From the NCBI GenBank assembly GCA_963802255.1, contig CAWDHY010000001.1:491842-555841 (forward strand): DNA of 64,000 bases. The letters are read 5' to 3'. Below, one piece after another: positions 1 through 12,628 of the stretch. A program made the translations under genes and the position numbers. Positions within the stretch are counted from its first letter, which is position 1. Every line of letters begins with the position of its first letter. This DNA is from Candidatus Magasanikiibacteriota bacterium. Its GTDB lineage: Bacteria; Patescibacteriota; Patescibacteriia; Magasanikbacterales; GWA2-37-8. The notes beneath the pieces are model-generated. The model was not told the origin of the DNA. It did not search any database and was given only the letters and a program-made list of their open reading frames with translations.

Positions 1-347
1 CGTATAAGCAGCCAGGCATCTGTTTGGGTGAGTAATTTAAAATGATTCGGTAGGCCGATATTTAGGCCGTATTGTTCAAGAAGCCGCTGACAAAAAGCGT
101 GAAATGTTGAAATGTGCATATCCAGATAACCGACATCCATTATCTCATCAACTCTATCCTGCATTTCCGCTGCCGCTTTTTCGTTAAACGTCAATGCCAA
201 TATTTCATCCGGCTTTGCCAATTTATTATCAATTAAATATTTGATTTTTTGCGTAATAACCGTTGTCTTTCCTGTGCCAGCACCGGCGACAATAATAAGA
301 GGCCCATTGATATATTCAATAGCTTTTTTTTGATTGGCATTTAACAT
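1..347 (-). CDS. UvrD/PcrA-family ATP-dependent DNA helicase (N-terminal part; runs off window)
   Basis: Manual translation from ATG at 347: MLNANQKKAIEYINGPLIIVAGAGTGKTTVIT...ILALTFNEKAAAEM...ISTFHAFC. These are SF1 helicase motifs Q, I, Ia and Ib. Confidence 0.93.
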   Translation of the reverse strand, partial: MLNANQKKAIEYINGPLIIVAGAGTGKTTVITQKIKYLIDNKLAKPDEILALTFNEKAAAEMQDRVDEIMDVGYLDMHISTFHAFCQRLLEQYGLNIGLPNHFKLLTQTDAWLLI

Positions 348-964
348 TATTTTTTCAGACATATTTTTTGATGGCCGTCTTTGCCGCTGGCGACAATTAA
401 TGCGTGATATTCCTGAAATAATTTTGTTGATTTCCGCAGTTTTGACTGAAAATATTTTTGGTAATCTTCATATGAAGAAAAACTGCAATTCATTCGTTCG
501 CAAAGACGTTTTGTGTAAGCGTCAATGACAAATATAGGCATATTACCGGCGTATAGAAGAATTGAATCGGCGGTTTCCGGTCCTATCCCCCAGACCGATA
601 ATAATTTTTCACGGGCATTAGCAAGTTGTTTACTGAATAAATTTTCAATACGGCCATTTAAGTCAGTGTCAATCCATTTACAAAAAAATTTTAGTTTTTT
701 GGATTTTTGCCTGTAATAACCAGTCGGACGAAGACACTTTTGAAGTTTAGATTCCGGACATTTAATAATTGCTTTAGCGCTCAGCAATTTATTTTCGTTA
801 AGACAAGCCAGCGCCTTTTCCACATTTTTCCACGATGTATTTTGGGTTAGTATGGCACCGACTGAAATTTCAAAGGCGGAATTATCCTTGCTATATTTAA
901 CAGGCCACCATTTTTGCGTTCCATAAATTTGATGCAGTTTCTTGTAAATACCAAAAATATCCAT
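347..964 (-). CDS. HhH-GPD DNA glycosylase / endonuclease III-like protein
   Basis: VGAILTQNTSWKNV, HhH motif LLSVWGIGPETADSILLY, VIDAY; no C-terminal Fe-S cysteine cluster. Confidence 0.88.
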   Translation of the reverse strand: MDIFGIYKKLHQIYGTQKWWPVKYSKDNSAFEISVGAILTQNTSWKNVEKALACLNENKLLSAKAIIKCPESKLQKCLRPTGYYRQKSKKLKFFCKWIDTDLNGRIENLFSKQLANAREKLLSVWGIGPETADSILLYAGNMPIFVIDAYTKRLCERMNCSFSSYEDYQKYFQSKLRKSTKLFQEYHALIVASGKDGHQKICLKK

Positions 965-1000
965 ATAAATGGATTACCAATCTAATTGATATAAAAAATG

Positions 1001-1141
1001 CTATACAATTTCTTCCTCAGCGTCATTCTTGTTACAGCCGCATTCGCAGGCTTCGTCGCAGTTGCACCCGTCAGTACATTTGCATTCAGGGCCGCAATCG
1101 CAGCCTGGTCCGCAGTCGCACTGTTTTGTTTCTTCGTCCAT
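1001..1141 (-). CDS. 46-aa cysteine-rich metallothionein-like protein (not in ORF track)
   Basis: Manual translation MDEETKQCDCGPGCDCGPECKCTDGCNCDEACECGCNKNDAEEEIV*: 11 Cys including five CxC pairs. Same strand as its neighbours and fills the intergenic gap. Confidence 0.8.
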   Translation of the reverse strand: MDEETKQCDCGPGCDCGPECKCTDGCNCDEACECGCNKNDAEEEIV

Positions 1142-1189
1142 AAATAATTATCAGGTCCATAAAATTGGACTATGCTTAACAGTATATCA

Positions 1190-1226
1190 AAAAGAAAAAC
1201 CCGGGACAATACCCGGGTTTTTCTTG
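1190..1226. terminator. Intrinsic terminator downstream of the atp operon
   Basis: Inverted repeat aagaaaaacccggg-acaata-cccgggtttttctt just past the atpC stop. Confidence 0.7.
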
Positions 1227-1229
1227 TAT

Positions 1230-1652
1230 TTAAGACCGTATTTTTCTGTATTTATTTCCAACTTTTAGACGAAGTAATGCCCTATTCAGTGTCGCCTGCA
1301 AAGCGGCATATTCCACACCATCCAACTTGCGCTCTTCATTCATGGTTTTTAGAGCAAGTTCTTTGGCTGCTTCAGCTTCATCAATATTAATCTCTTCGGC
1401 GCGTTCAGCTGCGTCGGCCAATATGACAATTGAATTATCCGAACGAATTTCCGCAAAACCGCCGGACACGGCCATTGAAAATTCCTGGTCATTTTTTTTA
1501 CAGGTTAATTCACCCGGTTCAAGGATAGATACCAATGGAATATGGTGTGGCAAAATTGTAATTTCTCCCTCTTTTGTATTCATTGTCACCTGGTCAATTT
1601 CATCGGAAAAAATTACTCTTTCAGGTGTAATAATTTGAAATTTTAATGGCAT
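1230..1652 (-). CDS. atpC: ATP synthase F1 epsilon subunit
   Basis: IITPER...GEITILPHHIPL...VSGGFAE; last gene of the atp operon. Confidence 0.96.
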   Translation of the reverse strand: MPLKFQIITPERVIFSDEIDQVTMNTKEGEITILPHHIPLVSILEPGELTCKKNDQEFSMAVSGGFAEIRSDNSIVILADAAERAEEINIDEAEAAKELALKTMNEERKLDGVEYAALQATLNRALLRLKVGNKYRKIRS

Positions 1653-1657
1653 ATTTA

Positions 1658-3938
<2,281 letters not shown>

Positions 3939-3943
3939 AGCAA

Positions 3944-5434
3944 TTATTTTTTAGAAAACTCCCCACAGGCCTCTTTCAGCTCTTTTTCAATTTCTTTATC
4001 CCAGCTACCACCACTAATTTTTCCGAGTAGCAGGGATTTTGTGCGGTCAATAAATTCATGAAATTTTGTCTCCCAATCACGCATATTTTTAATATCAATG
4101 CCGTCGGCAAAACCGTTTGAAACGGCAAAAATAACCGCCACCTGATTGGCGACCGGCATAGGCTGGTATTGGGGCTGTTTTAGAATTTCAACTAAACGCT
4201 GACCAAGACTGATTTGTTTTTTTGTTTCGGGATCAAGGTCACTGGCGAACTGCGCAAACGCCTCCAATTCACGAAATTGAGCCATTGATAGTTTTAGTTT
4301 TCCGGCAACTTTTTTCATCGGCTTTATCTGAGCGGCTGAACCGACTCTTGAAACCGATAGCCCGACATTTAAAGCCGGCCTGATACCGCGATAAAAAAGG
4401 TCTGATTCAAGATAAATTTGTCCATCGGTAATTGATATGACATTCGTCGGGATATATGCGGTCACATCTCCGGACTGCGTTTCAATGATTGGAAGAGCGG
4501 TAATTGACCCACCCCCGGCTTCCTTATTGCGTCTGCAGGCCCTCTCTAAAAGTCGTGAGTGAAGATAAAACACATCGCCGGGATATGCTTCACGACCGGG
4601 TGGACGGCGAAGAAGCAGTGATATTTCGCGATATGCCCACGCCTGTTTGGAAAGATCGTCATAGATGCAAAGCACATCTTTTCCTTTATCCATAAAATAT
4701 TCCGCCATGGCAACGCCAGCATAAGGCGCAATATACAAAGTTGAAGCCGGATCAGAAGCCCCGGCGACAACAACAATCGTATAATCCATCGCCCCGGTTT
4801 CTTTTAATTTTGCTACTATGCGGGCTATTTTAGATTCCTTTTGGCCAATTGCGACGTAAACGCAAATCATATCATGGCCTTTTTGATTAATAATGGTATC
4901 AATCGCCAGTGCTGTCTTACCGGTCTGCCGGTCGCCGATTATAAGTTCGCGCTGTCCCCGGCCTATTGGGATCATCGCATCAATCGGCTTGATTCCCGTT
5001 TGTACCGGTTGTGAAACTGGCTCTCTGGTCATAACACCGGGCGCAATTTTTTCAATCGGATAAAATGTTTTGGTTTTAATGTCAGCACCGCCGTCAATCG
5101 GTTGTCCTAGAGGATTAACGACCCGCCCGATAAGTTCTTCGCCAACCGGTACGGATAAAATTCTTCCGGTTCGTTTAACCGTATCCCCTTCTTTTAAATG
5201 CTTGTATTCGCTCAGCAAAACAGCACCGATTGTTTCGTCTTCCAAATTTAAGGCAACGCCAAAGGTATCGCCGGGAAATTCAAGCATTTCGTTTGATTGA
5301 CATTTTGTCAGGCCTGACATGCGCGCGATACCGTCTCCCACCTCTACGATGGTGCCCGTCTCAACGGTTTCGACCTGTTTTTCATATGCAGAAATATTTT
5401 TTCGAAGCTCCTCAACAATTGAGTTTATAGACAT
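3944..5434 (-). CDS. atpA: ATP synthase F1 alpha subunit
   Basis: [31 protein letters not shown]. Confidence 0.98.
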   Translation of the reverse strand: MSINSIVEELRKNISAYEKQVETVETGTIVEVGDGIARMSGLTKCQSNEMLEFPGDTFGVALNLEDETIGAVLLSEYKHLKEGDTVKRTGRILSVPVGEELIGRVVNPLGQPIDGGADIKTKTFYPIEKIAPGVMTREPVSQPVQTGIKPIDAMIPIGRGQRELIIGDRQTGKTALAIDTIINQKGHDMICVYVAIGQKESKIARIVAKLKETGAMDYTIVVVAGASDPASTLYIAPYAGVAMAEYFMDKGKDVLCIYDDLSKQAWAYREISLLLRRPPGREAYPGDVFYLHSRLLERACRRNKEAGGGSITALPIIETQSGDVTAYIPTNVISITDGQIYLESDLFYRGIRPALNVGLSVSRVGSAAQIKPMKKVAGKLKLSMAQFRELEAFAQFASDLDPETKKQISLGQRLVEILKQPQYQPMPVANQVAVIFAVSNGFADGIDIKNMRDWETKFHEFIDRTKSLLLGKISGGSWDKEIEKELKEACGEFSKK

Positions 5435-5438
5435 AAAT

Positions 5439-5825
5439 TTACACTAAAGATTGTTCAAATTTATTTAGCTGAGTTTTTAAACTTGCATCCATGATTTTGT
5501 CCTGCGTTTTAATTATTATTCCACCGATTAAAGAAGAATTGATTTTCGTTTTTAGTTCCACTTTATCACCAAAAAGTTTTTTAACTGATTCAATTGTTTT
5601 TTCAGAAAGAGGGCGCGCTGAAATTACTTCTAAAAATTCAACACCCTGCTGCTGTTTTGAATATTTGACGAAATTTTCAATAATCAGCCCTGTTTTCTTT
5701 AACATTCTTTTGCGAGCGAGCAACGCGGAAAAATTTTTAATAATTATACTCAGGTCATCTCCTTTTTTATCCTTCGTTGCCTGCCATAGTGCGACAGACA
5801 GTTGTTTTGGTGTTAATTTTGCCAT
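5439..5825 (-). CDS. atpH: ATP synthase delta subunit (short)
   Basis: Position between atpF and atpA; C-terminal SLIGGIIIK...MDASLKTQL. Confidence 0.9.
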   Translation of the reverse strand: MAKLTPKQLSVALWQATKDKKGDDLSIIIKNFSALLARKRMLKKTGLIIENFVKYSKQQQGVEFLEVISARPLSEKTIESVKKLFGDKVELKTKINSSLIGGIIIKTQDKIMDASLKTQLNKFEQSLV

Positions 5826-5827
5826 AA

Positions 5828-6397
5828 CTATTTGTTCAGTTGAGACAAGGCGTCGGTAATCAATTTTTTATCTTTATTGTCATCAATTTTTTCATCAAGA
5901 ATTTTTTCCAGTGCGGCGGTGACCAAAGTTGCCGTTTCCTTTTTCAATTCTGAAATCATTTCACTTTTTTCAGCCGCAATATTATTTTTAGCCTGTTCAA
6001 CCAAAACATTGACGTCGTTTTTTGTTTTTATTTTTGCTTCGTCCGCGATTATGTCAGCTTCAATTTTTGTTTTTTCCAGTAAAGCATTTGCTTCAGCTTT
6101 TGCCACTTCCATGCGGTCCTGATAATTTTTTTCACCCAATTTTAACATCTCCTCAATTTTTTTTGAGTTATCAATGCTTTCATTGATAATATTCTGCCTT
6201 TCCGCCAATTTTTTACTGAGTGGTTTGAGAATTAAAAACCATAGAATCAAAAATACAATGGCAAAATTCATCAGCTGAAAAGCAAACAATGTTCCGTTGA
6301 TGCCCAGGGAGCTGAGGATTCCTCCGTCAACAGATGAAGATGTCTCCGTCACCTCATCATGCGTTTCAACGGCATAAGCCGCTTCTAATATTTGCAT
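5828..6397 (-). CDS. atpF: ATP synthase Fo b subunit
   Basis: FQLMNFAIVFLIL...KPL transmembrane helix followed by a long coiled coil. Confidence 0.93.
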   Translation of the reverse strand: MQILEAAYAVETHDEVTETSSSVDGGILSSLGINGTLFAFQLMNFAIVFLILWFLILKPLSKKLAERQNIINESIDNSKKIEEMLKLGEKNYQDRMEVAKAEANALLEKTKIEADIIADEAKIKTKNDVNVLVEQAKNNIAAEKSEMISELKKETATLVTAALEKILDEKIDDNKDKKLITDALSQLNK

Positions 6398-6454
6398 AAA
6401 TAATATTTAAAAAAATTTTAGTCAACCGGCCGGAAAATCGGCCGGTCTCAAAAA

Positions 6455-6691
<237 letters not shown>

Positions 6692-6715
6692 TTAGTTAAT
6701 CTAAATTAAATTATT

Positions 6716-7492
6716 TTAATGTTCTTCGGCGACATGTGGTTTGGTTGTTGCGATAGTAAGGTATACCAATGTTAAAATCGCGAATACGCCCGCCTGAATC
6801 AAACCAACCAATATTTCCAGAAACATAAATGGCGTCGGCACCAAAAAAGCCACCAGACTGCTCATAACCGTAATCAGGATTTCGCCGGCAAATATATTGC
6901 CAAATAGCCGGAAAGAAAGCGATAGGACTTTCGCCAATTCTGATATTACTTCCAATAATCCCACAAATAATTCTATTATCGCTGAAAAAATAGCCAGCGG
7001 ACCTTTTTTTATACTGAAAATCAACTGTTTAATTTGAATAAATTTGCCGATGTAGGTAAAAAATCCAACCGCAATTAGGCCCCATACGTGCGATGTTATC
7101 AGCGCGACAAGTGTCATACCAAAAACCAGATTCAGGTCTGTATTTGCCGGACGAAGAAGCATTTTATGTTCATAAGTAATACTCCCTGTTCCCGGTAGCA
7201 GGCCAAGCCAATTTGATAGTAGTATGAAAAAAAATGCTGAACCGACTAACGGCAAGAATTTTAGCGTTTTTTTTCTGTCTCCGGTCACTTGGTCAAAAAA
7301 ACCCAGCAACGTTTCAAGAATAAATTCAAAAGTATTCTGAAACTTACCGGGACGCAATGAAATTTTGCGTTTTATGATAATGCCAATAATAAGAAAAATA
7401 ATTATTGCAAGCCATGCATTGATTACAGTATTTGTTATGGGTAATGGCCCCAGATAAAAGAGAATATCCGGCGCTATCGTTGGTATGTGCAT
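6716..7492 (-). CDS. atpB: ATP synthase Fo a subunit
   Basis: SLSFRLFGNIFAGE, IQAGVFAILT. Confidence 0.96.
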   Translation of the reverse strand: MHIPTIAPDILFYLGPLPITNTVINAWLAIIIFLIIGIIIKRKISLRPGKFQNTFEFILETLLGFFDQVTGDRKKTLKFLPLVGSAFFFILLSNWLGLLPGTGSITYEHKMLLRPANTDLNLVFGMTLVALITSHVWGLIAVGFFTYIGKFIQIKQLIFSIKKGPLAIFSAIIELFVGLLEVISELAKVLSLSFRLFGNIFAGEILITVMSSLVAFLVPTPFMFLEILVGLIQAGVFAILTLVYLTIATTKPHVAEEH

Positions 7493-7494
7493 AA

Positions 7495-7752
7495 TTATTT
7501 ATCCATATCGTCGTATTCTTTTCCGTATCGTTTCGCTTTTTCAATGATAATTTTGACGGATATAAGAAATGCGTTTAAAAGAAACAAAATTATAAATAAA
7601 GGATTTGTTCCGTACTTTTCATCGACATACTGACCCGCCAATGCGGCTAAAACCGCCGGAACCGCAATGCTAAAACCCATGTCAAGCATGATCTTTACGC
7701 CGAGCGCGTAGTAGCTATTATTGCTGGATTGTTTTTTTGGCTTATCTTGCAT
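7495..7752 (-). CDS. AtpZ/AtpI family membrane protein
   Basis: Two TM helices flanking GQYVDEKYGTNP; first gene of the atp operon; start taken at MQDKPKK. Confidence 0.8.
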   Translation of the reverse strand: MQDKPKKQSSNNSYYALGVKIMLDMGFSIAVPAVLAALAGQYVDEKYGTNPLFIILFLLNAFLISVKIIIEKAKRYGKEYDDMDK

Positions 7753-7881
7753 ATAAATTGACGCCAATATTTTATACAAATACCCTTGCAAAGTCAAGGG
7801 TATTTTTAATTTTTTTGGGGATAACACCGGTTATCGAGACGATAATTCTCAGTGAAGTAAGGTTTTGTAGGGAAATTTTGG

Positions 7882-8727
7882 TTAGATTTCGATTTTATTA
7901 AATAATTTAAGAGCGTTTCGGCCGGTTTGGTCGACAACTTCTTCAACTGCCATACCCTTTAGTTCAGCCACCTTTTTTGCCACCTCTTCAACCATCCAAG
8001 GTTCGCAGCGTTTTCCGCGATATGCCTGTGGTGCCAGATATGGCGCGTCTGTCTCGATTAAAATCCTATCAATAGGGCAATTTTTTACCACTTCAATAAG
8101 GTCATCCTGAGTTTTGGGGTCGGTTTTTTTTGGTGGAAAGGTAATTACACCGGTAAACCCCAGATATAACCCTGCATCCAGATATTCTTTGGCATAATCC
8201 CAGCCGGAAGTGTAGCAATGGACCACTCCGCGCGGGGTGGGTTTAAGCGACCGCAACAGGTCAATCATTTGTCTGTGCGCGTCGCGCACATGGATTACCA
8301 TCGGCAGGTTGAGTTTTTGTGCCAGCTTATATTGTCCGATAAAAGCATCTGTTTGAATTGCCAACGCCTCTGTTTCATCTACACCTTCCGGCAAATGATA
8401 TAATTCAAGCCCGCACTCCCCTATTGCTATAACTTTCGGGTGGGATGCAAGTTTTTCATAAAATTCAAAATTAAATTTTTCTTCACGCGATTTAAATTGA
8501 ATTTCTTCTTCATCAACTTCAGCTGATATCAGATGTATTGGGTGTAAGCCGACCGTAGCGTATGCTTTTTCATATTTTTTGGCGTAGTCCAAAGCACGCT
8601 CACTGGTGTCGCGCTGTGAACCTACAATATTTATAAGCATTCCTTTATCAGCGCATTTATTATAAATAATTTCAGCGTCATCTTTGTAGGCATTGAATTG
8701 CAGATGGCAATGAGTGTCAAATAACAT
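7882..8727 (-). CDS. tatD: TatD family hydrolase
   Basis: DTHCHL, GLHP, IGECGL, IHVRDA, VHCY, ETDAPYL. Confidence 0.95.
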   Translation of the reverse strand: MLFDTHCHLQFNAYKDDAEIIYNKCADKGMLINIVGSQRDTSERALDYAKKYEKAYATVGLHPIHLISAEVDEEEIQFKSREEKFNFEFYEKLASHPKVIAIGECGLELYHLPEGVDETEALAIQTDAFIGQYKLAQKLNLPMVIHVRDAHRQMIDLLRSLKPTPRGVVHCYTSGWDYAKEYLDAGLYLGFTGVITFPPKKTDPKTQDDLIEVVKNCPIDRILIETDAPYLAPQAYRGKRCEPWMVEEVAKKVAELKGMAVEEVVDQTGRNALKLFNKIEI

Positions 8728-8732
8728 AATAT

Positions 8733-10559
8733 TTATAAATTTATCGTTAGACTTAAATTACTGAATATATTATCACTTAGACGGCAGTCTATTATCCAGT
8801 TGTCAAAGTATTTCATTCTTTCCGCATACGTCATTTGCCGCGGCTGGCTTTTTTCCTGTTGCAGAGGAAATACATATGTCGAAATTGATTTTTCTTTTAA
8901 TACCAGTCCAACCGCCAATCCTTGTTGCGTCGGTAAGGAAAAATATTGATCAAAAATAAAATTTCCGAGTGAATAAAAAATGGGCCTATTGTTGTAGATT
9001 TCCATTTCCTGAACTACGTGAGGGTGGTGCCCGATTATTGCGTCACCGCCGGCGTCAATAAGTTCATGCGCCAGAAAACGCTGTCTGGAATTTGAAATCT
9101 CTTTGTATTCCTGTCCCCAATGAATATTAATCAGCACAAAATCAGCATTGTCATCCCCCTTCTTGATTAAACTTTTTAAGGCCGGCAAATCAACCGGTGA
9201 ATTTGTGTCATTTATGCCGATAAAAGCAATGTTAAAATTGCCGACGTGTTTAATGATGAGTGAATTATTGTCAATTATATATTGGTTACCGTAAACATCA
9301 AATCCTGCGTTTTTTAAATTTTCTGAAGATTCTGCAAATCCGGCTGTTCCCATATCAAAGCTATGGTTATTTGCCTGGCTAAATATTCCAAAATTATATT
9401 TTTTAAGAATCGGAATTAATAATGGGTCAAAGCGAAAAGCAATCTCTTTGCTTGTCGCTCTTCGCGAATTTGCGAATGGTCCTTCCAAATTTGCATGTAT
9501 AAGATCCGCTCCCTTAAAAAACCTATCCTCTTCGCCGGCCAATTTTTCAAATACAAAATCCGCGCCATTTTTGTCGATTTGATTTTTAACGCTTCTGTCG
9601 AGCATTAAATCTCCAAAAAATAATATTGAAGCCGACTTCTCTTCTATGGGATTGCCATCGGCAAAATATGGAGAGTAATAGCTGGTTGTTTCTTCAAACT
9701 CCGGATTGTTCAGTTGCAAATCCGAACTTCCGGTCATTTCATAAACAATCTTACGGGCATTAATTTTTTCCAATGATTTCCAAAGACAATATAAACTTGG
9801 AATGGAATCTATTTCCATTTTATCCAGTCTGGCATAATCAAAATTTCTAACGACTGACCGGTTTAGTTCATCGTGAAATGAGGCAACTGCAGGATTTTGA
9901 TAGTGTGAAAAATCAATTGAAGAAATAAATACTCCATCGTCCGGCACTATTTCTAATAATGTATCAAGCATCTTATCCAAAGATGAAGTCGGAGCATTAT
10001 AAGGGAAAATCAAAGGTACAATTTTTGTTTCCGGCAGATAATTTGCAATAAAACTCACGAGCGCTCCAATTGAATATTCACCCGCCATGGTATTCAGGTC
10101 GTCTTTAGCTGAATTATTCTGATAAAGAGTTGTTAAAATATCTCTTTCGGTTTTTACTCTGCCATATGGTGTATTCCAATCACTAATTGCGGAAATTACC
10201 GATGAATCGCCTTTCTGCAAATGGTTTGGGCCGAAAATGACAATGGTTGAAGGTTTTTGCTTTGATAAATATTTAAAAAGAGTTGCCGGTATATTACCGC
10301 CAACCATATGGTGCGGAACAATTGCTCCGCGAATTTTGCCCAAGTCCTTGTTGATATCAATCGCCTGAATGAATAGTTCATCGTAGAAATTTCTGTCAAA
10401 TGGTATAGCCTGAATTACCGGTTCGTTCGTAAGCACGAATTCGGTTTGTGAAGAAGATGGTGATCCCAACTCTTTATAAGTTGTATTTTCCGGCAACTGA
10501 CTAAATTTACACCCAGGCAGTAAAATAAAGCAGACTGATATCAGTATTAATACGCGCAT
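8733..10559 (-). CDS. Lipoprotein fusing an AmmeMemoRadiSam protein B (Memo-like) domain to a CapA/poly-gamma-glutamate synthesis-type metallophosphatase domain
   Basis: Lipobox LPGC; Memo-like IVPHH, GPNH, SIDFSHY; CapA-like GDLML, NLEG, ANNHSFD, HWGQEY, GHHPHV, YSLGNFIFDQ. Confidence 0.85.
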   Translation of the reverse strand: MRVLILISVCFILLPGCKFSQLPENTTYKELGSPSSSQTEFVLTNEPVIQAIPFDRNFYDELFIQAIDINKDLGKIRGAIVPHHMVGGNIPATLFKYLSKQKPSTIVIFGPNHLQKGDSSVISAISDWNTPYGRVKTERDILTTLYQNNSAKDDLNTMAGEYSIGALVSFIANYLPETKIVPLIFPYNAPTSSLDKMLDTLLEIVPDDGVFISSIDFSHYQNPAVASFHDELNRSVVRNFDYARLDKMEIDSIPSLYCLWKSLEKINARKIVYEMTGSSDLQLNNPEFEETTSYYSPYFADGNPIEEKSASILFFGDLMLDRSVKNQIDKNGADFVFEKLAGEEDRFFKGADLIHANLEGPFANSRRATSKEIAFRFDPLLIPILKKYNFGIFSQANNHSFDMGTAGFAESSENLKNAGFDVYGNQYIIDNNSLIIKHVGNFNIAFIGINDTNSPVDLPALKSLIKKGDDNADFVLINIHWGQEYKEISNSRQRFLAHELIDAGGDAIIGHHPHVVQEMEIYNNRPIFYSLGNFIFDQYFSLPTQQGLAVGLVLKEKSISTYVFPLQQEKSQPRQMTYAERMKYFDNWIIDCRLSDNIFSNLSLTINL

Positions 10560-10562
10560 AAT

Positions 10563-11084
10563 TTAAAATAGGCCGATCGTACTTTTAATAATCTTTACTG
10601 CATCGGGAATAAAAGGTTTTAAAATAGAGATTAAACTGTCAAGATGCGGTGCAACTTTTGACGTATCAAGAGCGGACATAAATTTTGCACCCAAAGGAAA
10701 TCTGGAAATAAAATATAATATGATGCCTAAAACCAGCGCGCCCTCAATCAATCCGAAAATAAGACCGAGCATTTTGTTGGCTGAATTAATGAAAGGAAGT
10801 TTAGTAAATATTCCGAGAAATTTATTAATAAGCCAGAAAATAAGACCGACCAGCCTGTTAATGAGAACAAATGAAATAATAAAAACCACGATTTTTGTCA
10901 TATTACTCTCCCAGCCGGTGGCATTCATAATCCATGCGGCCACTGGCGCGTAGAACCTGAAGGCTAGATATACGCCAAGCACAGTGCCGATAAGTGAACC
11001 TATCGTTTGCACTAAACCAAACCATAGTCCGGCTAAGCCGAAACCCGCGATAATCAGTATGAGCGCTATATCAAATAATGACAT
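10563..11084 (-). CDS. CvpA (colicin V production) family membrane protein
   Basis: N-terminal FDIALILII..GLWFGL, four TM helices, NKMLGLIFGLIEG. Confidence 0.85.
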   Translation of the reverse strand: MSLFDIALILIIAGFGLAGLWFGLVQTIGSLIGTVLGVYLAFRFYAPVAAWIMNATGWESNMTKIVVFIISFVLINRLVGLIFWLINKFLGIFTKLPFINSANKMLGLIFGLIEGALVLGIILYFISRFPLGAKFMSALDTSKVAPHLDSLISILKPFIPDAVKIIKSTIGLF

Positions 11085-11093
11085 AAGAGATAT

Positions 11094-12626
11094 TTATGTT
11101 AGGCGCGGAAAAAGCGCCTCGGGCTTATTGATTTTTTTTCCAACAGTTAATTCCGCCCAGCCATTTAACAGGTTTAGCGGTTTTGCGAATTCTTCTCCGG
11201 CATCAACGCCCAGCTGATTCAGTATTTTTACCGCAGTTTCAGGCATGACCGGCCAAATCATTACCGCTATCTGACGCAGTGATTCCGCTAAATGGTAGAG
11301 CAAGTCATTTACTTCATCCATTTTTCCGGCCTTGGCCATAGCCCAGGGCTGGAGGTCAGAAATTTTTTGGTCGCAGTGAGTAATGAATGTCCACACCGAC
11401 TCCAGGGCGCGGTCAAATCTAAATTTAGACATATTTTCCTCATATGACGGCCAAATAACGTCCTTCAGATAATCAACCATATCGTGGTCTATATTCTTTA
11501 CCTTTGGCACTGTACCATCGCAATACTTTTCAATCATTACTAAAATGCGGTTGGTTAAGTTTCCTATTCCATTTGCCAAATCGCCATTGTAACGGGCAAT
11601 AAGTTTATCAACCGAATAGTCGCCATCGCTGTTGAATGGCATTTCACGCATAAAAAAATGACGGATAGCGTCGAGCGGATAATCGGAAGACAGTTTTAAT
11701 GGGTCAATAACATTGCCGATAGTTTTGCTCATTTTTTGGCCATCAATTGTAATCCAGCCATGCGCCGCTATCATTCTTGGCAATTCAATTCCGGCCGACA
11801 TTAACATGGCTGGCCAAAGTAAAGAGTGAAAACGGTTAATTTCTTTTCCAATTACATGGGCATCGGCGGGCCAGTATTTTTTAAAAGCCGAATCGTCATC
11901 CGAACCATATCCCAAAGCGGTAATGTAGTTCGTCAGTGCGTCAAACCAGACGTACATTACCTGTGTCTCGTCGTTTGGAACGGGTATGCCCCAGGTAAGT
12001 TTGTCCGTTGACCGTGAAACGCTGATATCCTCAAGTCCGTTTTTCAAAATATTCAGCATTTCATTATAACGATTTTCCGGATATACGAAAGTCGGATTTT
12101 GTTCAAATAACAATTCAAGCGGTTCCTGATATTTTGATAAGCGGAAAAAATAATTTTCTTCTTCCAGTACTTCCGGCTCCTTCAGATGGTCCGGACATTT
12201 TCCGTCAACCAAATCTTTCTCGGTTTTGTAAGCTTCACAACCAACGCAATAAAGGCCTGAATATTTTTTCTTGTAAATATCTCCGCTCTCCACCGCGGCC
12301 AGCCAAAATTTTTGTGCCGCCTTCATATGACGCTCTTCGGTTGTGCGGATAAAATCGTCATTTGAAATGTTCCATTGGTCGGCTAAATTTAAAAATACCG
12401 CTGATTTCTCACTGCAATACTCTTCAACCGGTTTGCCTTTTTCTTTGGCCGCTTTATACATTTTTTGTCCGTGCTCATCTGTTCCAATCAGAAAAAATAC
12501 GTCTTTTCCGGTTAAACGCTGATATCTGGCCATTACATCGGCGTACAAAAATAAAAAAGCGTGGCCAATATGGGGATTATCATTAGCATACGGAATGGCT
12601 GTAGTTATGTAATATTTATTTGTCAT
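11094..12626 (-). CDS. metG: Methionyl-tRNA synthetase (short form)
   Basis: YITTAIPYAN.PHIGH, GTDEHG, YVWFDAL, KMSKT. Confidence 0.97.
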   Translation of the reverse strand: MTNKYYITTAIPYANDNPHIGHAFLFLYADVMARYQRLTGKDVFFLIGTDEHGQKMYKAAKEKGKPVEEYCSEKSAVFLNLADQWNISNDDFIRTTEERHMKAAQKFWLAAVESGDIYKKKYSGLYCVGCEAYKTEKDLVDGKCPDHLKEPEVLEEENYFFRLSKYQEPLELLFEQNPTFVYPENRYNEMLNILKNGLEDISVSRSTDKLTWGIPVPNDETQVMYVWFDALTNYITALGYGSDDDSAFKKYWPADAHVIGKEINRFHSLLWPAMLMSAGIELPRMIAAHGWITIDGQKMSKTIGNVIDPLKLSSDYPLDAIRHFFMREMPFNSDGDYSVDKLIARYNGDLANGIGNLTNRILVMIEKYCDGTVPKVKNIDHDMVDYLKDVIWPSYEENMSKFRFDRALESVWTFITHCDQKISDLQPWAMAKAGKMDEVNDLLYHLAESLRQIAVMIWPVMPETAVKILNQLGVDAGEEFAKPLNLLNGWAELTVGKKINKPEALFPRLT

Positions 12627-12628
12627 AT

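Noticed and set aside
982-1268. Track ORFs 982..1209(-) and 1029..1268(+)
   Set aside because: Alternative frames of the Cys-rich ORF 1001..1141; no recognisable motifs.
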